Source: Lepidodermella squamata
Lineage: Eukaryota > Animalia > Gastrotricha
Reading direction: 5' to 3'
NCBI GenBank assembly: GCA_047495785.1
Contig: JBLDXI010000028.1
Location: forward strand, 1 to 64,000
Length of the DNA stretch: 64,000 nucleotides
Shown: positions 22,413-33,200 of the stretch, piece by piece
Layout of the letters: each line of letters starts with the position of its first letter
How positions within the stretch are numbered: position 1 is the stretch's first letter
Translations under genes and position numbers: made by a program
Notes under the pieces: model-generated
Databases searched by the model: none
What the model saw: only the letters and a program-made list of their open reading frames with translations
Told to the model about the DNA's origin: nothing

Positions 22413-23941
22413 TAAGTAGTAGAGCCCTTATCACTCCGATTTATAAAAATAAGGGTGAAAAATCCAAGTGTCAAAATTATCGAGGCATCAGTCTGCTTTC
22501 TGTTGTAGGTAAACTTTATGCTGTTATCCTCGAAAGAAAACTAAGGTCTTTGATTGGATCGAAAATCTCCAAATTACAATTCGGATTTCAGCCTCTTAAA
22601 GGCACCCGTGATTGCATTTTTGTTCTTAGACAAATAATTGAAAAAATTATTTTCTTTCGCAAAGAACTTCACCTTGTCTTCATTGACCTCGAAAAAGCCT
22701 ATGATCTGGTTGATAGGGAAAAGGTTTGGACAGCCTTGGAAAACATGGGTGTTGAAACTAGCCTTATTGACGCGATTAAGAGTCTATATAAAGTAAATAA
22801 AGTTGCGGTAAAAGTGGATTCTGAGGTCTCCGAATTTTTCTATGTAACTAGGGGTCTAAGGCAAGGCTGCCCGCTGTCCCCTCTGCTTTTCATTGCTACT
22901 TTTAACAAAATTTGCGAACAATTATACGACACAAAATTTGGTTTCCCTATGAACAACGGTGATTATCTAAATTTATTAGCTTTCGCCGATGATGGAACTC
23001 TCCTAGGCATGAACCATGACGAAATTAAGCGCCTTCTAGAAATTTTTGACATGGCATGCGAAGAATTAGGATTGAAAATTAACGTGGCAAAAACTCAATA
23101 CATGATAATCTCCAGGGACGATGCTGCAGTAAGAAATTATGAACTAGAGCTGCGCGGATCGAAACTGGAAAAGGTCTCCAAATTCAAATACTTAGGTAGC
23201 ATTATAACCAGCGACGGTCGCATTGACGAAGAATTAAATTATAGAATTTCAAAGGCTGGCAGCGTATTTGGTGCGATGAATAAATTCATGTGCAGTAGGA
23301 ACCATGTGTCATTACAAACCAAATTGAAAGTACTCACTTGCGTCATCGTACCTACCATCATTTACGCCTGCGAATCCTGGAATATTTCTTTAAGCCAGGA
23401 AAATAGGTTGAATGTTTTAGAATATCGTTGGCTACGAGCGATTTTAGGTATACACCTGATGGATTATATTCCTAACATTGACATTAGATTGGCATTGTGC
23501 GGAGGTCTGATCGAAGTCAGCCGCATCATTGAAAAACAGCGTTTAAGATATCTAGGACACATCATTAGATCTCGTGATTACGATGAGGACGGCCTTCTGA
23601 ACTTGATTTATACGTGGACACCTCCGTTCGGGTGGTTCGCACCGAGAGGCAGACCTCGAACTAGGTGGATAAACGGCATAAACAGAAGTCTACACAAGGT
23701 TGGCATTGGTAAGGAAGTTCGCCGGAAGAAAAGACAACCCAAAAATCAGAAAGGCAAAAAGCCAGCTAAAAACAAAAAATCCGGCGAAAAAGAAAATAAA
23801 TTTGAAATTAAAATTATTCCTGATCTGCAATTGATTGAATTACTTTCTTTTGATAAAACTGAATGGCGCAACATTGTTGACTCAATGAATGATTATGAAT
23901 TTTTTGGAAAAAGTAGAATCTTCAACTGTGGGGGTGGGTGA
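22364..23941 (+). CDS. Reverse transcriptase of the RTE LINE (endonuclease missing; first ~21 codons are flank/TSD)
   Basis: NYRGISLL, QFGF, FIDLEKAYD, GLRQGCPLSPLLF, FADD, GLKIN..KT, FKYLGS, RLRYLGHIIR, RGRPRTRW. Confidence 0.93.
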   Translation: MIPPTPLIPAKQRKVKISSRALITPIYKNKGEKSKCQNYRGISLLSVVGKLYAVILERKLRSLIGSKISKLQFGFQPLKGTRDCIFVLRQIIEKIIFFRKELHLVFIDLEKAYDLVDREKVWTALENMGVETSLIDAIKSLYKVNKVAVKVDSEVSEFFYVTRGLRQGCPLSPLLFIATFNKICEQLYDTKFGFPMNNGDYLNLLAFADDGTLLGMNHDEIKRLLEIFDMACEELGLKINVAKTQYMIISRDDAAVRNYELELRGSKLEKVSKFKYLGSIITSDGRIDEELNYRISKAGSVFGAMNKFMCSRNHVSLQTKLKVLTCVIVPTIIYACESWNISLSQENRLNVLEYRWLRAILGIHLMDYIPNIDIRLALCGGLIEVSRIIEKQRLRYLGHIIRSRDYDEDGLLNLIYTWTPPFGWFAPRGRPRTRWINGINRSLHKVGIGKEVRRKKRQPKNQKGKKPAKNKKSGEKENKFEIKIIPDLQLIELLSFDKTEWRNIVDSMNDYEFFGKSRIFNCGGG

Positions 23942-24049
23942 TTTCCATCTTTCGCCTGCCTTCGCCCTCCTCAAAACCGTTTTTACGGTATAGATCCTAT
24001 AGATGCTTAATCGAGAGGAGGACTAAATAAAACCATTATTATTATTATT
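22426..24049 (+). mobile_element. 5'-truncated RTE-clade non-LTR retrotransposon with TSD and (ATT)n tail
   Basis: TSD ATAAGTAGTAGAGC at 22412-22425 and 24050-24063; (ATT)5 tail preceded by AATAAA; uninterrupted RT ORF. Confidence 0.93.
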
Positions 24050-24069
24050 ATAAGTAGTAGAGCAACATT

Positions 24070-24075
24070 TTTATT
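24070..24075 (-). terminator. Probable poly(A) signal of RasGRF
   Basis: AATAAA on the minus strand 16 nt after the stop codon. Confidence 0.55.
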
Positions 24076-24091
24076 TTTTTTTCGTGATTCA

Positions 24092-27000
24092 TCATGGTCT
24101 GTTTGTTTGCTGCCTCGGCTCCACAGCAAGGCTCAAGGCGTACAGCGTGTCGTCGTTCAGAGCGAGTGATCGGTCAATCAGTTGGTCGATTACCTATGCG
24201 TATAACGAGGAAAAACGTGAAGAATTTTAGTACCATCTCAAAATGTAAAAATATATTGGTTTTAATACTTGTTGTTTGACGGCAATGACGTAGGCGACGC
24301 TTTGCAAAGCTTGAATTTCACTTATTGTTTGATATATCTGCATAAATGGGAAAAAACCACGGTGTAATGATGGTGTAAATTCATATTATGTTCTTGTGTC
24401 CGCTTGCCATTTTCATTTTCGAAAAGTTGACGATGGTGACGGCGGCGTTGGCGACGAACGTCGGACAGCCTTCGTCGATGAGCGTCAGATCTTGCAAGTA
24501 CATGCCCAAGTACGGCACCACCGGAGGGTCGACCTGTCGCAGAGATTCTCGCAGCTGCTTGAACCGGTTCTCGGCCGACAGCGCCGCGGTGAGCTTGTCG
24601 AAAAGCAGGCGCGACTGCTTGGACAGCTTCTCCCAGGTTTTGCGCAGCCGGTAAACCGGCGACGACTGCAGCGCCGATACGACTTGCAAAGCCTGCATTA
24701 TTATGTAGTAAGTACATATCACACTAGAATAACAAGTGCTATTTCGTACCCCGTTGTAGTTGTGCATCGAGAAGCACATGGACGCGATCTGCAGCCACTT
24801 TTTGATCGCCGCCGCTCGGTCCTGCGAACAGTTTGAATCTTTAAAATACAGGCTTTTTACGCTATCAACAAAGTAATACCGTGGGTGTGGCCTGCGAGAC
24901 AATGTTAGTTCCAACGAGTAAACTCATCTGCAAGGCATGTATCAGAATGATCATAATTATCAAGGTTTTGATTGGCTTACGTGGTTGAAGTGAGACGTGA
25001 TCAGCGAAATGGTGGGCGCTTCGAGGTCTTTGTTCGACTTGGACCACGCCTGCCGCATCAGTTCGCTGAGCTTTATCGAGCGGAAAAGCGTGAAATCGAT
25101 CAGCGTCATTTGCCTGTCGAAAATGTCAAGATTACACATGGCTATATTTAGGAGAGAGGAATCATGATGTATTGATTACTCGGCTATGTCGATGGCGGGC
25201 GTGACGTCGAAAATGGACGACGACTGCGCCGCCTGTTTGCGCACCGGCGTCGTCGGCGGCGCCATCATCGCCATCGACAGCGGGTCGCTGCTCTGGTCGG
25301 CCGAACAGCCGCTGCTGTCGCTGGTGTCTTTGGCGGCGGAGAGTCGCGCCAATAGCCAGTCTGCAGTCGACGCCGTGGGCAGCTGAATGGCCGGCGGCGA
25401 TGAAATGGCGACCGGCTGGGCAACAGACTGCGAGTGGCTGAGCTGTCGCAATAGTTTGCAAATCGCCAAATTGTCGTGTTGTGCTGTAAAGTGATGGTTT
25501 GTATAAGATAAATCAGCGACATGAAATAATCAGTTTTTACTAAAGTTGACGTGGTCGCAAGCCATTTCGGACAGCAGCTTAGACGCCGATTCGGAGAGCG
25601 CGTTTTGCCCCGTTGATTGCGGCTGTGCAGTTGATGTTGTTATCGTTGGAATAAAATCTTCCGGGTACACGATTTGCCTGTTGAAAGATGACATTCAACG
25701 TTTTAGGGGCAAAAAAGACATTCATCATGTGAATGCGCATTATGCAAACCAGTGGCGCAGAATGTTAAAGATGTTGAGACATTGTGCGGCATACAACCTG
25801 AAAGTGATAATATGAGACACGTTGAGCAAGGGTAGTAGAACGAAGATATTTCGTTCAGCTCAGTTACCGTTGATCAGCGCGCAGTTGCTTCTCGTGTTCG
25901 CGCTGCAGCCGGCCGACTTCGAGATCGAGGGCGCCCGCCGTCGCACGGGCAAACGCCTGCGTCGCCACAGCTGAGCTGATCCTACACAGCGGAGTCATCG
26001 AAAAATTAGACACAATCGCATTCTATAGCAGGTATTAGTTAAAATATCATGCTGAATGCCGACGGCAGCAAGCTGTGCTTTACCTGTATAACTAACTAAT
26101 GTGAATTTCATTATTGTTACACTGATGAGCAAACATTTTTAAAATCTTTCATCTATACAGGTCACATAAGTGCGGAGACACGCATCTACTCCGGTGACTC
26201 CGCTTTGTTTCAGATAATTTGCGACATGCTGTTGTACATATCTTGAACATTGGCAAGTACACCAAGTGGTGATTGTGCGAAAACATGACTACTAAATTAC
26301 GCGCGAACACTGTGTTTTTTTAGCAGTCTTAGCAGGCGCAAGCTTCATCGTCGACGTCATCGACGCCATCATCAATGTTGCGATGGCTGGCGCTGCTGAT
26401 GCTGCTTACCCGCGAATGTACTCGCTCGCAGCAGTAATAACACTTCTCGGCTGATAGCCAGCAGCCGTGCTTGGGCTTGTCGTTGCTAGCGAGGACCTGA
26501 TGACCACAAAAGCGCGTCGTCGGCGCATGAAGTGTTGTGCGACAGCAGGAGCGAGGATGAGAAAAGCGGCGCCACACAAGACAAAAAAGGCAGGATGGAT
26601 AGACAGACGAATAAGGAAGACAAAATAAGCATAATATGGTTTAGTTTATAATAATTTATAGGCAGCAGGATAGTAAGGAAAGCAGTCGAAGAAAGGTTAC
26701 AGTTATACAGACATATTGCATCTGCTTCTATCTTCTATGATAGCTCTCTTACCTTCGTCGCTGGTGCTGCAGCGAAAAAACAACCGCCCCCGGATTCACC
26801 TGATAGTTTTACAGTTTTTTTTTTAAATCAACCAAACAGGCCAATACGATGATGATCAATGAGACCTGTTTGTCGAGTGGCGCCGTTGCTTGTTCGGCGA
26901 GCATCATCGCCTGTTGCTCTTCATCTTCGTCATCCGGCTGCTGCGGCTGCTGGCCGACCAATGTTCCAGTTTTAGACGTGTAGCCAATTGCTGGTGAATC

Positions 27001-30000
27001 TGCTGTGAATAAGCTGGAAAGCCGAGGAGAGACACTCTTTGCTATTCTTTCTTGTCTTTCGTCGATTGACGTAGCGCCGCTGGTCGACGTCGACGTGGCA
27101 CGGCGCCGACTCAAAACCGACTGACGAGTCGCCACCGAGCCACTCTGAGACATGAGTGACGTTGACGCTAGCGAGTCGCCATCGCCAACCCCGATGCTTG
27201 TCATCAACGACATTGTATCGGCGTCGTCTTCGTCGTCTTCCTTTATTCTTTCAATTATTTCATCTTTATCCTTCAGGAACGGCTGCTCGTCACTGCGGCA
27301 CTCGTCACGTGACGTCGTAACTACATGACACGAAATTTACGAAATTAAATACGCAACTTTAATTTTCTATTCAATCCAAGTATTTTTTTCTGAAACGCTC
27401 TTAAAAGTCACACGATATGCGTATTAAAATTTTGGAAGAGCTCGGCTAACCCCACGGATTATATCTGCCAGGTTTCAAAATAAAATCGCTGGCTTCTTCA
27501 AAAGAAAACTACCGTAATTTTAAAATGTTAATGGTGATGTAAAAATCTGTCATCTTTTGATTCGCTATGGGAACAACTCGCATGCTTACCTTTATTCGCT
27601 TCGCTGCTGCTTGTGCCGGCTAGCAGTGATTCGCGGCCGGCTGGCGCTGAAGAAGCTGCGTTCGAATCTTGTCTAGTTGCTGGAATGGCAATCGCAGCTG
27701 CGGCAGTTGTCCGTCGGTTACTGATGAGCGAGGGTGTGAACATGCGGCTGGACGCCGCAGATGCAGAGGCGAGAGTTGTCGACGAGGCGACCGACGAGTG
27801 GCGTGTCTGCTGCTGCTGCTGCTGCTGGCGCTGCTGCATGGCCGACGACGTCGTTCGGAATGGCGACGACTGGCGGTAGATGTTGCTGCGACTCAGCGAC
27901 GTCCGGCCGACCAGCATCGCCGTGCTGAGCGAGGCGAGTTCGTCACTCGCGTCCTGGCCGCATTGCCGCCAGTGCCGATACGCCTCACTCAGCACCTGGA
28001 TCACGCGCCCCGCCTCCGTGAACAGCCGATAAGTCGTCCTATTTTACAGTTTTGTTAAAAACAAGCTTAGTCGAACGTGAGAAGTTGCGTCGCACTCACA
28101 GGAATACATTAAGAAAGTCACCGGTTTGTAAGCGAAAGTCGGTCAGGCTGGCAATAAAAGTACAATTTTGAGATGACTCAAAAGCAGATCGCATATATTA
28201 CCATCGGAGGAGCATGTCGAGCGGCGCCTGTTTGACGCCGGACCGGCCGCCTGCTTCGGAGGAGATCACGGCCGATGAGTGCCTATGCGAAGTGTCGCCG
28301 CCGCTATTCGTCTTCGACGCCTTGCTCGGCGCTTTGCTCGTCGACGGTTGGCTGAGACGAGGAGCAGCCGCGCCACTAATACTGCTAGACGATTCGTCGG
28401 CGCGGAAATACCCACGCGTCTCGGCTACGATCTCGTCGAATCTACAACATAGACAACAGAGATACTTGCTGTCGCAATGTGATCGTGTGTTGTCTTTTTT
28501 ACCGCATTTTCTCGAGGCACTGCGTGATGTCGGAGCACCACAGCTGCCGCTCGCGCCTGTTCGACGCCCCGAATCTGATATCATATATTCAGCATGTATA
28601 AAATAACGGGCATGTCAACAAGGGAGGCTGATCTAGATTTACGTGATTGAAACAGCGGCACCGGTATTGCGATAGTCGACCAGCAGTGTGAAGTTGCTCG
28701 AGCTGGCATAGTCGCCGCCGACCGATGATGCCTCGCTGCAGCTGCTGCCGTCGTCGTCTTCGTTAGCTAGCATGCACTGCCGCAGTGGGATGATGCCGTG
28801 ATGCTATATAATAGATCGCATGGGCAAACCACGTTTCATTTTCTGATTTCATTCATTTTTGAAAATTCAAAAGCGCGCCAAGGGTTGGTTTTGAAAAGTG
28901 AAAAAGGTATGTCGTTATGTTTGCTGCTGCTTCGGGATCCTGCTTCGTAACATATTTGTGTCATCATACGTAAAATAGGATCGGGAGAGAAAGACAGCAA
29001 GCAGCAAGTAGTCGTCACAACTCAATAAAACTGAAAAGCACCACCGCAAATAAACACTCCGCAACCCGTGTCAGTTTTCGAAGAGCAAACGCGAAAATGT
29101 GGATCGATATAGGAAGTTATGTTGGGAAAGTGAAATCTCTCAACCAAAGGCTAATAATAGGTAGAGTAATTGGGTAATAAATATAACCAGCAGGCATGTC
29201 TCGTATTCAAATAGATTTACCTGATTGGTGGCAAAGTATTTTCTCTATTTTCGATGACAACATCAGCAATTGTAATAGAAGCGAGGCCGTGTGCTTTTTA
29301 GTTTAGTTGCCAACAGGCTAAAAGCCTGAAAGACAATATCTTACCTTGACGAGGCTGAGCTTTCCACTCGGCGATCGGTTAGTTACTATCAGGTAGTGGC
29401 CTATTGAATAACAGCAATGGTGTTAAAGCGATCGATTCCTGATATTATACAGCAAAGAAGGCTGGGAACCTACTGAATAGGAAGACAGTTCGAGGCGATC
29501 CGCCGAGCTTATTTGTCGACGAATCGGTACCAACAGCCAGTTGCACGGCTGCTTTCAGTTCGCTGAAATTGAACAGTTTCGTGCTGGCTGACGTTGTTGT
29601 TGAGCCGTCAATTTCCAACAGGGTTCCTTTTTAAGATCAATAAAATGCGATTTGTAATTATAGAGACATTTGAAAGGCCGAACTGCAACAGACCTTGCCT
29701 GACAAGAACTTCGTCCGGATCAAGAAGGACCTATACATACGCAGAGACATCAATCACCGGATCTTTAGTTACTATTTGAACTTTGGCATCCTACCTGGCC
29801 ACCTTCGCCAATCATTCGTTCGATGGAGAGGTTTTTGCGCAGGTGTTCAGACTCGCTGACTTCGGTGCTCATTTGCTGAACACGATAATACAATAAATAA
29901 TATAGGATCACGTCTAATTCAACTTACGAAAGACAAGTCTTCGAGCTGAGCCAACGCAGCCTCCAGTTTCGGCCGATCGATCTATGCAGTATTCATCAGC

Positions 30001-32232
30001 AAATGTGTAACTATTCTCCTTTGCGAAAACTCTCATACGTGATGGTGTGGCGTGTAGGCAAGAAGTTCGTGCAGGTTGAGGATGTATCGCGGAATCTGGT
30101 TCATGGGGCTGGTCAGCAGCGCTTCGAGACTGCGCCCATCTCCCGATTTCGTCTCGAGTCCCCGTACAAGGCTCGCCAGCGTTGGCCGCGTCAACTTCAA
30201 CTCGGCCAACGTCTGCACAGAGACGTAGTGGTTACGCACGTACCTGTCAGCAGTAGGAGTAAAAGCAATTGAAAATGCTAGCAACGAGAGAGTTATATCG
30301 CGTACTCGGTGTAGACGTTCAACGCCGGCAGAAGCAGCTGGAAAATGTCGCCGATGAGCAGCTGCGGCCACCGGTCCAGCGCCGCCGACAGGCCTTGCAG
30401 GAATATTTGATGCAACTGAAAGAGACACAGAGATGCGTGTTTGAGGGAAGGTGGGAAATTTAAGAGAGCCAACTAACAAAAAGCAGCGTCTGGCTGTTGA
30501 GAAACACGGCGTTGACTTCTTCATGACTGATGACGAACGGGCTCGAGTGGTGCGAAGACAGCGACGCCCCGCCTGATCCTCCCGAATTGACGACGCCGCC
30601 ATCGGTGGTGTTCGATGACGACGAAGCGGCCATGCGCAGTGGTCGAAGGAAGGCCGAAACGAGCGCGTTCAAACTCGCCACGTACTCGCGTTCTTCTTTC
30701 ACGAGTCGGAAAATTATCTACAAATAATATTGCAAAGGTAATATACTTATCAGCGATGCTAATACACCGAACCTTGTTGCGGAAGCGCATTTTTTCAGCG
30801 TGAGGCGACCGAACGTATTCACTATAATAATATCAAATGGCTAGAGAGGCTTCATGAGCAAAATTAAGTCAACCAACTCGACGATGGCCTGCCAGCGTTT
30901 GCGGCACAGCCAGCCGCGCAACAGCGACTGCGCCTTCTTGATTTTGCGCAACTCATCCGCGGCGTTGTCGTGATGAAGCTGCTGCTGATGCTGGTGATTA
31001 TGGTGGTGGTGGTGGTGATGGAGGGACTCGATATCGCCAGTTCGCGGAGATGAGCCCAGCGAAGATGCGCCACCGGCCCACATCAGCGCATCGTCGTCGT
31101 AGTCACTCGAGTGTCGCAGTCCGCCGCCGTCGGCGCTAATATCATCGCCATCGCCCTCGGCACCCGCAGCAGCAGCAGCAGCAGTTACCGCCGCCCCGGT
31201 GTTGTAGCGGCCCTGAATATGCACATTCATATCAGTTAGATGTGGTTAAGGTTATTAAGGCTTTTACAGCGAGGTCGCGGGCGAGTCGCCTCGACTCGGC
31301 ATGCGCATCCGCCAGGGCCCAGCGCAGTCGCTTGATCTCCTCGTGCGCTTCGTCCAACTGCACCACGTAGTTCCACCTTTTCACAACACATTATTCAGTA
31401 TAAGTATTATTCTACTTTCAGAATGGTAAATGTCTATGGCTTTACTTGGCGATTCGCTCGGTTTCCAACACGTGCGCCGCCATGTCGTAGCGTTCTTTCA
31501 AGCACTGAAGGTCGTTGAAAATCGACCTACAATATGTAGAAAACACTGAAATATTATTTCAAACCTCTGACAAAGTAAAACGCACCAATAGCCGCAATCT
31601 CGAATTGCAACAACCCAACTCTATAGCACAGTAGTAGCGTATGAATAAGAAAGCTGAACCTCTTGCCATATAACTTGCCTCAGCGTCGTCTTCCGACGTG
31701 GCGGCCAACACGAGAGCCGGCTCAGCGGCAGTCGGTGCCCCGGCGCCGCCCACCGGAAACGACAAGCCGAAGACATGGCGCGGTGAGTTAGAAGTCATCG
31801 TTGCCGCCGCCGAATCCATCATCGGCGCCGCCATCGCCAGCGACGGTGCGGTCGGCGGCGGCGGCGGCAGGAGCTTCTCGACGACGCAGCCCTCGAGCAG
31901 CAGCACGAGTTGCGGCTGCGCGTCGACGGCGGCGTCGCGGTACACGAACAGCAGGTTCTGGTACAGGCACACGAACTTGGGCCGCCACTTGTTGTCCGGT
32001 TTCCGTTTCCACAACTTGCCTTCAAATAAATGAACAATTAGCATTTGTTCACGCTGCTATACAAGGCGAGGAAGCATACCCATCCTGCGGTTCTCCTGCC
32101 GCGCCTTCCTCGCCAGCTCCAGCAACTGCGCGTGGCCGTAGCTGATCAGCTGCGCGTAGTGCCCAGACCTGATGATTGGCAATAAACAATAACAACAACA
32201 AACTCTTCACTGATCTCTGTCTGCTTTTTCAT
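24092..32232 (-). CDS. RASGRF: Ras-specific guanine nucleotide-releasing factor (PH-CC-IQ-DH-PH-REM-CDC25), more than 25 exons; 5' end uncertain
   Basis: PH: GKLWKRKPDNKWRPKFVCLYQNLLF (~32000). IQ: KIKKAQSLLRGWLCRKRW (~30920). DH: EREYVASLNALVSAFLRPLRMAASS and LLTSPMNQIPRYILNLHELLAYTP. EHLRKNLSIERMI. REM: LTDLRLQTGDFLNVFL/TYRLFT. CDC25: QMTLIDFTLF and PPVVPYLGMYLQDLTLIDEG..VNFSKM. Last exon LYALSLAVEPR, stop at 24092-24094. Confidence 0.93.
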
Positions 32233-33041
32233 CGTCAGGTAAACTCGCTAATAGATGCATTTGAGTACGACACTTCAAAAGCATGACCTGTGACGCAGGA
32301 CGCGGCGCCTCGATTTAAACTTTAAACGCCTCATTTTTGTGCTATTTCTATATTATAAGGTCACTGCATTGCTAAAAACAAGTGACGACCTCATTATCAG
32401 TGACGACCAGTAAAAAATCTCATTCATGAAAATCACGTATTTACGCGAAAATCAGATTTTTGCTTTTAGACCTTTAATTAATAATCTCGATCTTTAAGAA
32501 GATCTTTACGATTATCCCCAGCAATTTTTAGCATACTTTTGACAAAATCGTTCTTCCTGATAGGCCACTGCGCAACGCAACGCAACTGTTATTATTTGCA
32601 ATTTCATTGTTTTAGGCTCAATTTTGCTTTTTAAATGGCTGCACCTGTGGTACCGGTAAGGCGCCGCATCCGCGAGCTGGGGACAGATGATGGCTCGCAA
32701 GTCAACTTTTTTGCCAGATACGGGCGCTATCAGATTGTGTCGTCGATTGCCGAGCGGCAGCTTTCACGACGCCGTGTTCAACGGCACCAAGCCCCATTCA
32801 GATACTGTTTACCAGCGCATGCAGATCGGTGACTGGGTTTGTGACATTCGTGACTTCATACAGTCATGGGCAGTGTGATCCGCACTTATGTGCTTGAGCC
32901 ATAGGTACTTGAGTCAAATATGACGGATGTGCCGTCCCTGATCATGGCACCAGGCGAAATCAGCGACCCCGCAATACGCAGGTCGTTGGTTTTGAAGAAG
33001 GCCGGCTCGCTCGACAAGGTGATCCGCCTTCAGCCTTTCAC

Positions 33042-33200
33042 TCTTTACTTCTCTTTCTTGTCTTTACGTCGCAATGAGCGGCGTCGGCGGAAAAACGCGC
33101 TTATGAGCGCGAATTTGCAAATGAAAATATTACAGAAATTTTTGATATGAAAAAGTAATAATATTTGATATATAAAACAAGTCGACAACCTTCAAGCAGT
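33042..33200 (-). repeat. Inverted copy of the repeat at 22260-22412
   Basis: CAACCTTCAAGCAGT (33186-33200) and AATGAGCGGCGTCGGCGGAA (33073-33092). Confidence 0.75.

Noticed and set aside
22364-22425. N-terminus of the 525-aa RT ORF as a real start
   Set aside because: It lies in flank and TSD outside the truncated element and begins at a non-ATG codon.
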